Assembly: GCA_963736855.1 (NCBI GenBank)
Contig: CAVTQK010000021.1
Span: 128,001 to 192,000 of the forward strand
Direction of reading: 5' to 3'
From: an uncultured delta proteobacterium
GTDB taxonomy: Bacteria > Desulfobacterota > Desulfobacteria > Desulfobacterales > UBA2156
DNA: 64,000 nt
Shown: piece after piece, positions 11,046 to 21,796 of the stretch
Position numbering within the stretch: position 1 is the first letter of the stretch
Layout: each line of letters opens with the position of its first letter
Notes under the pieces: model-generated
The model's input: the letters and a program-made list of their open reading frames with translations, nothing else
Told to the model about the DNA's origin: nothing
Database searches by the model: none
Program-made: the position numbers and the translations under genes

Positions 11046-12323
11046 ATGGCCATTGTAATCGTGGGAACATTCGACACGAAAGGAGAAGAACACCTTTTTC
11101 TTAAGAAAAGAATCGAGGAATACGGGTTTGAGACCCTGATGATTCATGTGGGGACCCGACGGCCCTCTCCCTTTCCTGTGGATCGGGATATGTACCGGGA
11201 GATTGAAAAAATCGATCCTGCATGCCTGAGTCGACGGGACCGGGCCATAGAGGCTGTCCGATCGCTCGCCCAAAGAACCGTCGGATCTCTTTTGCGGGAA
11301 GGAAAAATCGACGGGGTGATCTCCGCCGGAGGCGGGACTGGAACCCATCTCGGGACCGGGGTTATGAAGGTGTTGCCCCTCGGTGTGCCTAAAGTGATGG
11401 TTTCCACCGTGGCGGCCAAGAACATGGGCTCGGTTGTCGGGACCAAGGACATTACCATGATCCACAGCGTGGTGGATATTTTGGGAGTCAACAGCATCTC
11501 CGGAATGATCCTGGACCGGGCGGCAGGAGCGGTTTGCGGAATGGCCAGGAGCCGATGGAAATCCGAGGGTGTTCAAAAACGGATCGCCCTGACCTTCTTC
11601 GGTTTCATCACCGAGGCGGCGGAGCATCTCAAGATCCGGCTCGAAGGGTTGGATTATGAAGTCATTCCGTTTCATGCCAACGGCACCGGCGGCATGGCCA
11701 TGGAGGAACTCGCCCGGGAGGGATTTTTCGACGGCATCCTGGATCTGGCCACACATGAGCTGGCCGATGCGCTGAAAGACGGATATTGCCGGGGGATAGG
11801 GCCGGAGCGGCTGATGCCGCCGCAGGAAAAGCTCGTGCCACGTCTGGTGATCCCGGGCGGACTCGACTGCGCGGTTCTGGAATTCACACGGGCTTCAGTT
11901 CCCGAGGCCTATCGGGATCGGAAAATTTTTTATTATGACTTTCGAAGCGCCATTCGCCTTTCCCGGGAAGAGTCGCTTCTGATTGCCGATCAGCTTTCCG
12001 AGAGGATGAATTTTAACCCTAAAGGGACAAAACTTTTAGTCCCGAACAGGGGATGGTCGGAAGCGGATATCGAAGGCGGTCCGCTGTATGATCCGGAGAT
12101 CGCCGCTGCGTTCGTCCGGCGAGTCAAAGAAAGACTGGATCCGGGTATCGAGGTCCGGGAGGCGGATCTGCATATCAACGATGCCGCGTTTGCGGATCTT
12201 GCAGCGGAAATCATGGACGCCATGGTGAAAAGACACTCTCTTTCGGGAAAGGATATGTGCGAGGCGTCCGATCCTTCAGCTCATGATTCCCTGAATCCCC
12301 ATAAAGGGTATTCGAGGATATAA
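11046..12323 (+). CDS. Tm-1-like ATP-binding / UPF0261 family protein
   Basis: IVGTFDTKGEE, SAGGGTGT, LPLGVPKVMVST and FHANGTGGMAME motifs; GAGGAG RBS. Confidence 0.9.
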   Translation: MAIVIVGTFDTKGEEHLFLKKRIEEYGFETLMIHVGTRRPSPFPVDRDMYREIEKIDPACLSRRDRAIEAVRSLAQRTVGSLLREGKIDGVISAGGGTGTHLGTGVMKVLPLGVPKVMVSTVAAKNMGSVVGTKDITMIHSVVDILGVNSISGMILDRAAGAVCGMARSRWKSEGVQKRIALTFFGFITEAAEHLKIRLEGLDYEVIPFHANGTGGMAMEELAREGFFDGILDLATHELADALKDGYCRGIGPERLMPPQEKLVPRLVIPGGLDCAVLEFTRASVPEAYRDRKIFYYDFRSAIRLSREESLLIADQLSERMNFNPKGTKLLVPNRGWSEADIEGGPLYDPEIAAAFVRRVKERLDPGIEVREADLHINDAAFADLAAEIMDAMVKRHSLSGKDMCEASDPSAHDSLNPHKGYSRI

Positions 12324-14062
12324 TCGGCGACTTTCCCCGGGCTGTTTTCCCGGCTGGCTACCAGGAAAAGGGTAGTTTTTCTTTCTTTTTCGGAGATGGG
12401 ATCCAGCGGGTCCCAATCCGGCATCAGGATCAAAGCATTGTCGGCACTGTACTCGATATCCCCCGATTCCTTGAAGGAGGCCATATCGGGTGTTCGGTCA
12501 TAGTGTCCACCCTCTCCCCTTGACAATTCAGAGGTTACAAGAAAAGTCACATTCTGTTCGTCCCGCATGGACTCCATATTTCTCAGCCATTCGTCGATCC
12601 CGGTGCGCCTTTCGGAAAGATTTTTGAAGGGAAGCTTGTGGAGGCTATCCACCACCACCAGAGTGTAATCCGTTCCGGTTTCATGCTGTATAAAATCGAT
12701 CTTTCTCCTCATGATGTCGGGGCCGAGCTTTCGATCCGTCACGACGCGGAAAAATGAAAGCAATTCCAGAATGCTATCCTTGGCTTCCTCGAGCCGCCCG
12801 CGTTTTTTTGGATTCATTGCGTCATGCCGGATTTCCTTTTCCGAAAGTCGGCTCAGACGGCACAGGGTTCTGAAATATATTTTCTGTCGGCCGTTTTCAA
12901 AGTCATAGTAGATGACGGGGATGCGGTTTTTAGCCATCTCGGTGGAGATCTGCATGAAAAAACACGATTTTCCCGCTTTGGGAGGCCCTCCCATGATATT
13001 GATGCCTCGAAGACCGTTGAGGGCTTGGTCCAGCTGCTCGAAACCGGTGGGCATCCCTAAGAGGGATTTTCCTTTTTCGCGCTCCAGGGATCGGAGAAGC
13101 AGGCGGTGTTCTCTTTCCGGGGGAGAAAACGGGGAAAAGGCTTTTGAAGAGTGAAGCATGCGAGATACAGCCGGCCCCAAATCCTCCCCTGTTTCCTGGG
13201 CCAGATCCCGCAAATGGTATCCCCTTTTCATATGAAAGGGCCATTTCAGGATCCTTGATTTATACCCCAGTCGGATGGCCAGGAATCGAGCGGCCTGATC
13301 AGCCTCCGGTGTGTGGTTGACGATTAGGAACACCCGGTGGATGTTCGCCAGGCGTTCCGGAGTCAGGATATTGAGATCGCTTACATGGGGGACGGCGATC
13401 CCGGGATATCCGAGGTTTATCAACGCCAGCAGATTGATCTCCCCGTCAGTGACGAAAAGGGCGCCGCCCTCGCAACGGTCGATATCGCGGGTGTTGTAGA
13501 TCCTGAAATCGCCGACGGTGTAAGGTTCGTCTCCCTGCCAGAAGCTGTCTTCCTCCCGTTCCGGGAGAATACAGCGCGCAGAATGGCAGTTGTTGTCTTC
13601 CAGAACATAGGGAAATACGAGGTATCTCCCGTTGTACCCGATTCCCATTTGTTTGACGACGGCCGGCGAAATGCCGTATTGATTTAAATGCGCATATTGT
13701 CTGTCGCCCATGAGGGACTGGAATTTGTTGATTTCGAGGTTGAGGTTTCGGGTGGGAAGGATCGTATCGCGCACAAAAGGCTCCCGGTCCGGGTCGAATC
13801 CGGGGACGACGGAGGGGTCAATGCCCCGCATCTTCGCGAAAAATGCCGGGAATCCTCCCGGTGAACAGCGCTGGGTGCATCGGTAGTATCCCATGAACCC
13901 GCTGTCCGGGTCCATGTTCACCATCAGGATACCGGCTTGACCAGAGCTGCCCGTGCCGCAAAAAGGGCAGGGAACTTCCAGATGGCTTTTCTCCATACGG
14001 CTTCCGGGAAGATGATCCAGGTAAAACCGGCGGATGGCATCCTCACGGTTTGCGGCGCTCAA
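12281..14062 (-). CDS. Zn-finger + degenerate TOPRIM + DnaB/SF4 helicase fusion (T7 gp4/Twinkle-like architecture)
   Basis: CPFC...CTQRC; LFVTDGEINLLAL; PTGFEQLD, GGPPKAGKS, VVVDSLH, SELSR and ESGDIEYSAD. Confidence 0.85.
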   Translation of the reverse strand: MSAANREDAIRRFYLDHLPGSRMEKSHLEVPCPFCGTGSSGQAGILMVNMDPDSGFMGYYRCTQRCSPGGFPAFFAKMRGIDPSVVPGFDPDREPFVRDTILPTRNLNLEINKFQSLMGDRQYAHLNQYGISPAVVKQMGIGYNGRYLVFPYVLEDNNCHSARCILPEREEDSFWQGDEPYTVGDFRIYNTRDIDRCEGGALFVTDGEINLLALINLGYPGIAVPHVSDLNILTPERLANIHRVFLIVNHTPEADQAARFLAIRLGYKSRILKWPFHMKRGYHLRDLAQETGEDLGPAVSRMLHSSKAFSPFSPPEREHRLLLRSLEREKGKSLLGMPTGFEQLDQALNGLRGINIMGGPPKAGKSCFFMQISTEMAKNRIPVIYYDFENGRQKIYFRTLCRLSRLSEKEIRHDAMNPKKRGRLEEAKDSILELLSFFRVVTDRKLGPDIMRRKIDFIQHETGTDYTLVVVDSLHKLPFKNLSERRTGIDEWLRNMESMRDEQNVTFLVTSELSRGEGGHYDRTPDMASFKESGDIEYSADNALILMPDWDPLDPISEKERKTTLFLVASRENSPGKVADYILEYPLWGFRES

Positions 14063-15050
14063 GAGACTTCTCCCATACTTCCTTGTTGACCGTGTGCCGG
14101 GGACGGGTCCCCCGGGCGTAATCGATGATCTGGGCGGCGATGCCGACGCTCATGTTTTTCAGGGCGTCTTGTGTAAAGGCCGCCGTGTGCGGCGTCAGGA
14201 CCACGTTGTCCAGTCCCAAAAGGGGTGAGCCGACAGGAGGTTCGTGTTCAAAGACGTCGAGGCCGGCCCCGGCGATTTTCCCTTCTTTCAGGGCCTGACA
14301 CAGATCCGCTTCATTTATGATTTCTCCCCGGGCCGTATTGATGAGAAAGGCGCTGGATTTCATCATGGAAAGCATTCTTTCATTGATCATTCCCCTGTTT
14401 TCGGGTGTAAGCGGGGAATGGATACTGACGATATCCGAAATCTTGAGAAGTTCTTCCACCTCCATTTTCTCGATGGCGTGTTCATCCGCAAAGGTCTCGG
14501 GCCAATAAGGATCGTAGGCGACGATTTTCATATTAAAACCCTTGGCCCTTCTGGCCATACCTTGACCGATGGCACCCAGCCCGATCAATCCAAGTGTTTT
14601 TTGCCAGATCTCAAACCCCATGATCTTGGTATACTCCCAGCGATTTTCCCTCAAAGACCGGTCACAAAAAAGGATCTTTCTGGCCACGCTGAGAATGAGC
14701 GCAAAGGCATGATCCGCCACGGCCTGGGTATTGGCTCCGGGTGTATGAAAAACGAGAATATTTCTTCGGGTTGCGGCCGGAATATCGATGGTGTCCAGCC
14801 CCACGCCCAATTTGGCTACGGCTTTCATCCGGGGGCATTGCTCCAGGAGGGCGTCATCGATTTTCAGGTCGTTTCCGCTTAGGACGATGTCTGAGGCTTT
14901 AAGGGCTTTCATGAAATCCGAATTGCCGATTCCGAAACCCCGCATGTCGGTCAGATGAAGTCCGGATGCGTGAAGATCCTTCATGGGGGTATCGTCAAAG
15001 AGACAAAAGGGTTTGGACTCGATGAGTACATTCAAGGTTGAAACGATCAT
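14043..15050 (-). CDS. D-isomer-specific 2-hydroxyacid dehydrogenase (phosphoglycerate dehydrogenase-like, no ACT domain)
   Basis: GLIGLGAIG, LINTARG, AGLDVFEHEP and LTPHTA motifs. Confidence 0.92.
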   Translation of the reverse strand: MIVSTLNVLIESKPFCLFDDTPMKDLHASGLHLTDMRGFGIGNSDFMKALKASDIVLSGNDLKIDDALLEQCPRMKAVAKLGVGLDTIDIPAATRRNILVFHTPGANTQAVADHAFALILSVARKILFCDRSLRENRWEYTKIMGFEIWQKTLGLIGLGAIGQGMARRAKGFNMKIVAYDPYWPETFADEHAIEKMEVEELLKISDIVSIHSPLTPENRGMINERMLSMMKSSAFLINTARGEIINEADLCQALKEGKIAGAGLDVFEHEPPVGSPLLGLDNVVLTPHTAAFTQDALKNMSVGIAAQIIDYARGTRPRHTVNKEVWEKSLERRKP

Positions 15051-15259
15051 ATTTCCCCTTTTGTCTTTTATCCTGTTGTCGTCAGCTGGAAAGTCCGCTG
15101 TTCTGTCTTTTCGATCGAAATCCGATTCGATCCGGAAATCCATATACGACGGATCTGTTTTAACCGGGCACTTTAGACGGTCGCAGTCGTTAAAATTATC
15201 AAAATATGTTAGAGGAATCAGCCGATAAAGTCAAAATGATTCTAACCGGCGAATTGTTC

Positions 15260-15385
15260 CGAACCCATCTTTTTAACCGGATCAGAGACATGGGCTTCGA
15301 AGTTTACCGGATCGGGGATTGCCTTGAAGCTCGCGGCGCCAAAGATGCTATCTTGGAAGGCGCTCGCATCGGCCGCATCGTTTAA
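15260..15385 (+). pseudogene. Orphan 3' fragment of an FAD-dependent / NADH:flavin oxidoreductase
   Basis: Reads ...MGFEVYRIGDCLEARGAKDAILEGARIGRIV*, the typical IGD...AI.EG C-terminus; the rest of the gene is absent. Confidence 0.6.
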
Positions 15386-15494
15386 CGGCGGAGACGATTG
15401 TACCAGGAAAAGCTGCAAGATCACCAAACAAACGGGTAGGGTGATGTTACAAATGATCCATTTCTGAGGTTGAACGGGTCAGAAGTTATTTTCT

Positions 15495-18400
15495 TTACCG
15501 CAGGACTTCCCGCACCTTGGCGACCAACGTCTGCACATTAAACGGTTTCTGGATGAGGGTAATCCCCGCTTCCAGCAAACCGTGATGGGTAAGGATGTTA
15601 TCGGGGTAACCCGACATATATAACACCTTCAGGTTCGGATACTTTTCAGAGACCTTCATGTACAGCTCTCTGCCGTTCATCCCGGGCATGATCACGTCGG
15701 TTAATAGGAGGTGCACCGGACCGTCATAGGTTTCCAAAACAGTTAATGCCTGTCCCCCGTTTTCAGCCAGAAGAATGGTGTAGCCTTGTTGTTTGAGAAT
15801 GGCCTGACTCAGGTCTAACACCTGCGCGTCGTCTTCCACGATGAGAATCGTCTCCGTGCCCGTCATATCGGCGGGCAAATCAACAGGGGGTTTCATTTCC
15901 GAAGCGACTTCCTCAGGCACGGGAAGGAATATCTTAAAGGTTGTCCCTTGATTCGGCTCGCTATAAACCCAAATGTTGCCACCGTGTTGTTTGACAATGC
16001 CGTAGACTGTTGAAAGACCCAATCCTGTGCCGAATTCCCCCTTGGTGGAAAAAAACGGTTCAAAAAGGTGCGATCGGATTTTCTCATCCATGCCACAGCC
16101 GGTGTCGCTGATAGCTACCATGACATATTCGCCTGTTTGTACGCTTTGATGCGTCGATGCATAATCCTCGTCGAGTTTGACCAAGGCTGTTTCGATGGAG
16201 AGTGTGCCGCCGCCCGGCATGGCGTCAGAGGCATTGATCGCGAGATTCATGATCACCTGTTCTATTTGACCGCTATCCGCTAAAACGGCCGGAAGGTGCG
16301 GCGCCAATATCGTCTGGATCCCGATGTTCTCGCGAATGGTTCGCCGCAAGAGCTTTTCAAAAGCAATGATGACCCGGTTGATACTCAAGGGCTTCATTTC
16401 CAGAGTCTGTCTGCGACTAAAGGCCAGAAGCTGGCGCACTAAGTCCCTAGCCCGCAGGCTTGCCTGAACGATCTGTTTCACCCGTTTTTTATGGGACTCG
16501 TCAACGCCTGAATCTCTAAGCAACAACTCACCATAGCCCAAGATCGGGGTGAGAAGATTGTTCAGGTCGTGGGCCACACCGCCGGCAAGGCGACCGATGG
16601 CCTCCACTTTTTGGGCCTGCTGGTATTGCTCTTCCAGTTTGGCTCTTTCTTTTTCGGTTTGACGAAGGACACGAAAGTCAATATTCACGCAAAACATCTC
16701 TTTCTTTCCACTATGGGTCGTTTGCATGATATGAGATGAAAAGACAGGGACATCGTTGCCATGTTTATCGCGAAGGATCAATTCTTCAGCAGGGATAGGC
16801 GTTCCATCCGTCACCCAGCGATTGATGGCTTCAACAACTCGATCCTTCAAATGTTCAGGAATGATCAGGTCTTCCAATCGACGCCCTAAAGCTTCTTCCC
16901 GTGTATATCCGTAAACCGATGTACTCGCGGCATTCCAAAAGATTACGACTCGATTTTCATCGTAACCTTGAACAGGAATATTTTCCAGGTGGTCCAATAA
17001 ACCCTTAAGCCGTGCCTCGCTTTCACGCAGTTCTTTCTCTGCTCGTTTCCGCTGCGTGATGTCTCTAAAAAACTCGATGACGCCGTGTACCTGCCCGGCA
17101 GGGTGGTCTTTCAATGGATAACTGTAGACCTCAAGCCATTGGATATCGGATCCGGATGGTCCGGGTATGATATCCGTTTCCGTTTTTCCTGATTCAAGAC
17201 AGCGTATCGTGGGGCAGGGGTCACAAGGTTTCCCGACATTTTGATAACAAATAAAACATTTTTTTCCTTCAAGAGGAGTGTGTTCGCCATACCATTCATT
17301 CATGACTTTGTTGACATGTCGTATCGTAAAATCCGGATTTAAAACACTAATGCCATCTTGAATGCTGTTGAATAAATCGCTTAGAAATTGCTCCCTTTCC
17401 CGTAACGCGGCCGTACGTTGTTCGACCAGGGCCTCGATATGCTTTTGACGATGGGAAGCCTCCGTGATGGAAGATATAAACCACGTCAACAGCAGCATGG
17501 CAATCAAGCATAGTGCCGCCAGGATGATGATTGAAACAAGATTGGCCATCGCCCTGCCACGCTGTGAGATCTCTCGTGAAATCGTTGCCGAGATCAGCAG
17601 CGCCGGCCTGGTATCAAGATCATGGAGTAGACCGTATCCGATCAAAACATCTTTACCGGCTTGCTCAATAATTACATTGGTATTCGAAGAGAAACGGCTG
17701 AGGGCTCTCTTGTCCCGGTCGTCCAAGTCCGCTGAACGCAGGTTTTGAACACGTAAGTTGACACGTGTTTGCCTGATCAAGTCCTCAATCGTTTCTTTAA
17801 GAAGGAACCTGCCCATTACAAGGACCCCGCGGCTTGGCCCCTCACCTGTGCTTTTCACTATAGGTCGGGAAACAACCAGCATGGGACCGGATTGGGTTAA
17901 AACGACGCCCTTGATTTCACTGTCAAGAGAGTGATGCTGCATCAACGGATGATCCTTGGTAAATAAATCCCGAGGAAACTCATTAATCGTAATTTCCTTT
18001 TCCTGAACCGGATCGAAGCTTCCCGTCCAAACAACCTTTCCCTCAAGGTCCAAGATGGTGATCATATGAATGCCGCTGCCGATCAGGCTTTTCCATTGGA
18101 AATTGGAATCGATATATCCGGTATTGCCATCCTGCACAAAACGGTAAGTGTCGTCCCACACGGCCCAATCCCCGGCGAGTTGTCCGAGATGATGGATCTC
18201 TCGTTTCAGAGCATCCATACTGCTGGTGACGGCCTTTTTTGTTTCCTCTTGTTCGAGTGCGAAAAAGCTTGGCAGAATGATGTATCGCCGCAGCGCAAAG
18301 TCTGTCGAGAAATATATGGGGATCAAGATTAGAAGAAGCCAAAGCCATGTTCTTAAGCCCAGTCGTTTAATTGGGATATGCTCAACCGGTTTGAGTGTAT

Positions 18401-19374
18401 CGCGCACTTCAAGGAGTTCACGAGCGCGTTGGTCTGCAATTCGGCGAATCCGAAGACTCCAGAAAGCAATCAGCACTGCAAAGGCTGCAACCGTGGCAAG
18501 GGCAACGGCCAGATACCATGCATGTCTTTGAAGCCAGGAGGGTGGCATTGCATAGTTTGTGCCGATCCATTTGCGCGTGATAAGATCAAAAATACCCCGG
18601 TTGCGGGCGAGCGCAAGACCCTTATTGAGTATAGCGACTAGATGTTGTTGGCCCTGCTTTACCCCCATACAGTTTTGGCCGATATAAAGAGGATTTCCCA
18701 CGGATTTCATCCGGTCGGTCAACCTGTTACCGAAAAGATGATACAGTACGATCTGCTGATCGCCGATGACGGCATCGGCTTCACCTGCGATCACGCGATC
18801 AGCGGCCTCGGCAAATGTGGCAGTGGGAACCAGTACATATTCGATATGCTTGGATTTGAGAAACTCCGCGGCATAGTCTCCGCGCTGCATGGCAATGCGT
18901 TTACCCTGAAGGTCATTGAGGTCTGGATATGTCAGGCCGTTCGGCCCGTACAAAGATCAGCGCGGGAACTTCCCATGTCATATCCGTAAAATCGAAATGC
19001 AAATCCCGCTTCTTGCTATAAAAAAGACTGGTCAACACGTCTGCCTGACCCGAAAGAATCGCTTCCTGCGCCTCCTGGAAAGCCATATTTTGGAAAGCTG
19101 CCTTGAAACCCAGTTCAGTGGACAACCATTGCACCAATTCGATACACATTCCCTGGGGATTCCCGTTACGGTTGATAAACTCGAAAGGCGGGTAGACGGT
19201 TTGACTGACAAAGTGGATTGTGCCCTTACCCTTCAGCCAGGCACGCTCATCCTCTGTCAGGAGATCGGCCGGAGTCGCTGTGGCTTCAAACCCCAGCACC
19301 ATCAGGGTTGCAAGGAGCAGGACGTATCGCTTGATTATTGAGGGAGGGTCACATCCATTGGATTTTTTAATCAT
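15495..19374 (-). CDS. Hybrid sensor histidine kinase (SBP family-3 + CHASE4 + 2 PAS + HisKA/HATPase + receiver), one frameshift near 18924
   Basis: ORFs 18913-19422 (YPPFEF...) and 15495-18953 (DLQGKRIAMQRG; DWAVWDDTYRFV; GGVAHDLNNLL; LLTDVIMPGMNG) join after removing 1 nt. Confidence 0.85.
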
Positions 19375-19439
19375 ACCGCGTTCCTGATTTTTGCAAGACG
19401 ATGCAAATTGGGGCTTTTTCAAGGTGGTCTTTTAAAATT

Positions 19440-19502
19440 GATGAAATCGTAAAAAGGCCGATTTTTCTCGCGCCGCTCACAAAACCTTTTTACGAAGCCA
19501 TC
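19440..19502. repeat. Short terminal-inverted-repeat element, same family as 63343-63468
   Basis: gatgaaatcgtaaaaagg...cctttttacgaagccatc. Confidence 0.7.
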
Positions 19503-19791
19503 AAAATTCAGAGAAAGAAAGAATCTCCATGAAGAATTATTAAAGTCTAATTCATCCGGTATGGGAATGCAAGAATCACATGAGAAGAACTCGGTATCTC
19601 GGGTGATCGGGTTTAAATAGAGAAATCGTGTCATCAAGCCGCCAGAACGTTTGTGGGTTGTCGAATGATAAAAGATTGGCCGGGTTTTCCTGGTTGACTG
19701 TTCTGTGGCATTTTTTTATCTTAAATAGTAATGTTTCTTAAATGCATTCTTTTAAAAGCTTTTCCATGTCTGTCCGGTCTGAAGGATTGAA

Positions 19792-20820
19792 ATGCCTGAA
19801 GCAAAGCAAACATCCGGCTTAAAAGAGACCCTACTAAGCCTTTTTCTGTTGGGTGTTCTAGTCATCATCGGAATGGGTATCTATTTCGAGCAGTACCGGT
19901 TTTATCCGGCTTTAATCGAACAAGTGCCCCGAGAACTTCATGAAAAAAAGTCTGATCCGGAACTGCCTGGAACAAGAGACGAATCGATCTTTTCCCGCCT
20001 CCCGCTTCCCGAAGGTGTCGTTTTACTGTCCGCATCGGAAGTCTTTGACGCTTCCACGCTTTCGGATAAAATAAATGGAAAGGCGGAACTTTACTTGGGT
20101 GCGGGGTTTGTTCGCCTGGAAACCCGCCGCTTCAATCTCAAAAGAGGATCCGATGCCTGGATGGAGGCATTCCTTTACGAAATGAAGGATGCCCAAAGCG
20201 CCTTTGCCGTTTACAGTTTGCAAAAAAGGAGTGGTGCGATTCCAGCCGATCTGGGACAGAGCGCCTACCAAACAACCAATGCGCTTTTTATCGTTCACGG
20301 ACCATATTATATGGAGCTTGTCGCCTCCGCCGAAAACGCCGACTTGCAAGCCGCGCTTCGGGCACTGGGACAGGCTTTGATTGCCGGCTTTCCAGTCCCC
20401 GAAAAACCAGTGGCAGAGGCAAAACTTTTTCCGCCAGAGGGTTTGAACCCCCAAAGCATCATGCTGATTGCTTCCGACGCCTTCGGTTTTGAAAAGCTCG
20501 ACAAAGTGTTTACCGCTGGGTATCGAATCGATGGGACGCCATTGACCGCATTCGTTTCCCGCAGGTCCGATCCTGGGGAGGCGCGGGCGCTGGCAGAGGC
20601 TTACCGTGCATTTCTGTTGCAGTTTGACGCCGAATCCCTAACGGTGGATGTCCCGCCAGGAGAGGAGATCTTTGCATTTTCCATGATGGGGCAAATCGAG
20701 ATGGTTTTTTCCCTGGGCCCTTATCTGGCAGGTGTGCATCAGGCCCCGGATGAGAAAAGGGCCTTGGTTTTGGCAAAATATTTAAGAAATTACTTGATAG
20801 ATTTAAATGCAAGACACTGA
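19792..20820 (+). CDS. Membrane-anchored periplasmic protein (DUF6599-like)
   Basis: N-terminal TM; LSDKINGKAELYL and YEM...AFAVYS motifs; overlaps the DUF362 gene start. Confidence 0.7.
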   Translation: MPEAKQTSGLKETLLSLFLLGVLVIIGMGIYFEQYRFYPALIEQVPRELHEKKSDPELPGTRDESIFSRLPLPEGVVLLSASEVFDASTLSDKINGKAELYLGAGFVRLETRRFNLKRGSDAWMEAFLYEMKDAQSAFAVYSLQKRSGAIPADLGQSAYQTTNALFIVHGPYYMELVASAENADLQAALRALGQALIAGFPVPEKPVAEAKLFPPEGLNPQSIMLIASDAFGFEKLDKVFTAGYRIDGTPLTAFVSRRSDPGEARALAEAYRAFLLQFDAESLTVDVPPGEEIFAFSMMGQIEMVFSLGPYLAGVHQAPDEKRALVLAKYLRNYLIDLNARH

Positions 20821-21796
20821 ATTTAAAATTAAAAAATATGATCGAAGGCAGTTTATCTCTCGATCCCTGAAAGCCGGAGTTTCCATTGCCGCGGCCTGCG
20901 CCTTAGGCTACGGATTTTATGATCCTGATGGGCCAAAAGCCCTTTCGGAAACGCCGGAGGCCCAGCCGTTTCCCGATTTTTCAGTGGCCGGCACAAAAGA
21001 CCGCATATGTATGGTCAAGGAAGGGGATCGGACGAAGGCATTAGGCCTGGCGGTGGAAGCCATGGGAGGGATTGAAAATTTCATCCGGAAAGGGGACAGG
21101 GTCCTTTTGAAGGTCAACGCCGCCTTTGCATCTCCGCCAATCCTTTCGGCCACAACGCACCCGTTGCTGGTAGCGGAAATGACCCGGCTCTGCTTCAAGG
21201 CAGGAGCCCGGGAAGTCGTCGTGACGGATAACCCCATCAATGATCCGAAAACCTGTTTTTTCCTGACCGGCATCGGAAAAGCTGCCGAGGATGCAGGCGC
21301 CCGGGTCATACTTCCCCGTGAGGCTTTATTCAAACCCATGACCGTTCCCGGTGCTGCCCTCATCCGGAACTGGCCGGTGCTTTCCGAGCCGTTCAGGGGG
21401 ATCGACAAGGTGATCGGTATCGCCCCGGTCAAGGATCACCACCGGAGCGGAGCATCGATGACCCTGAAAAACTGGTATGGCCTGCTGGGGGGACGACGAA
21501 ACATTTTTCACCAGAAGATTCACGATATCATCATGGAGCTTTCCATGATGATCCGGCCGACCCTGGTGATTCTGGACGGTACCACCACCATGGTCACCAA
21601 TGGGCCCACCGGAGGCTCCCTTTCTGACCTGAAGACGACAAATACCCTCATCGTCAGTACGGATCCGGTGGCGGCCGATGCTTGTGGCGCTGCCCTCTTA
21701 GGAAAGTCCGTTCAGGATCTGCCTTACATCGCTAAAGCCGAGGCGGCCGGAGCAGGGAAGGCGGACTACCGATCCCTGAATTTTAAAAGTTTATGA
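20807..21796 (+). CDS. DUF362-domain protein with Tat signal
   Basis: RRQFI twin-arginine motif; GDRVLLKVN, TTHP, KDH, MTLKNWYG and STDPVAADA. Confidence 0.88.
   Translation: MQDTEFKIKKYDRRQFISRSLKAGVSIAAACALGYGFYDPDGPKALSETPEAQPFPDFSVAGTKDRICMVKEGDRTKALGLAVEAMGGIENFIRKGDRVLLKVNAAFASPPILSATTHPLLVAEMTRLCFKAGAREVVVTDNPINDPKTCFFLTGIGKAAEDAGARVILPREALFKPMTVPGAALIRNWPVLSEPFRGIDKVIGIAPVKDHHRSGASMTLKNWYGLLGGRRNIFHQKIHDIIMELSMMIRPTLVILDGTTTMVTNGPTGGSLSDLKTTNTLIVSTDPVAADACGAALLGKSVQDLPYIAKAEAAGAGKADYRSLNFKSL

Noticed and set aside
12281..14062. Prophage around the primase-helicase
   Set aside because: No integrase, structural or other phage genes nearby.
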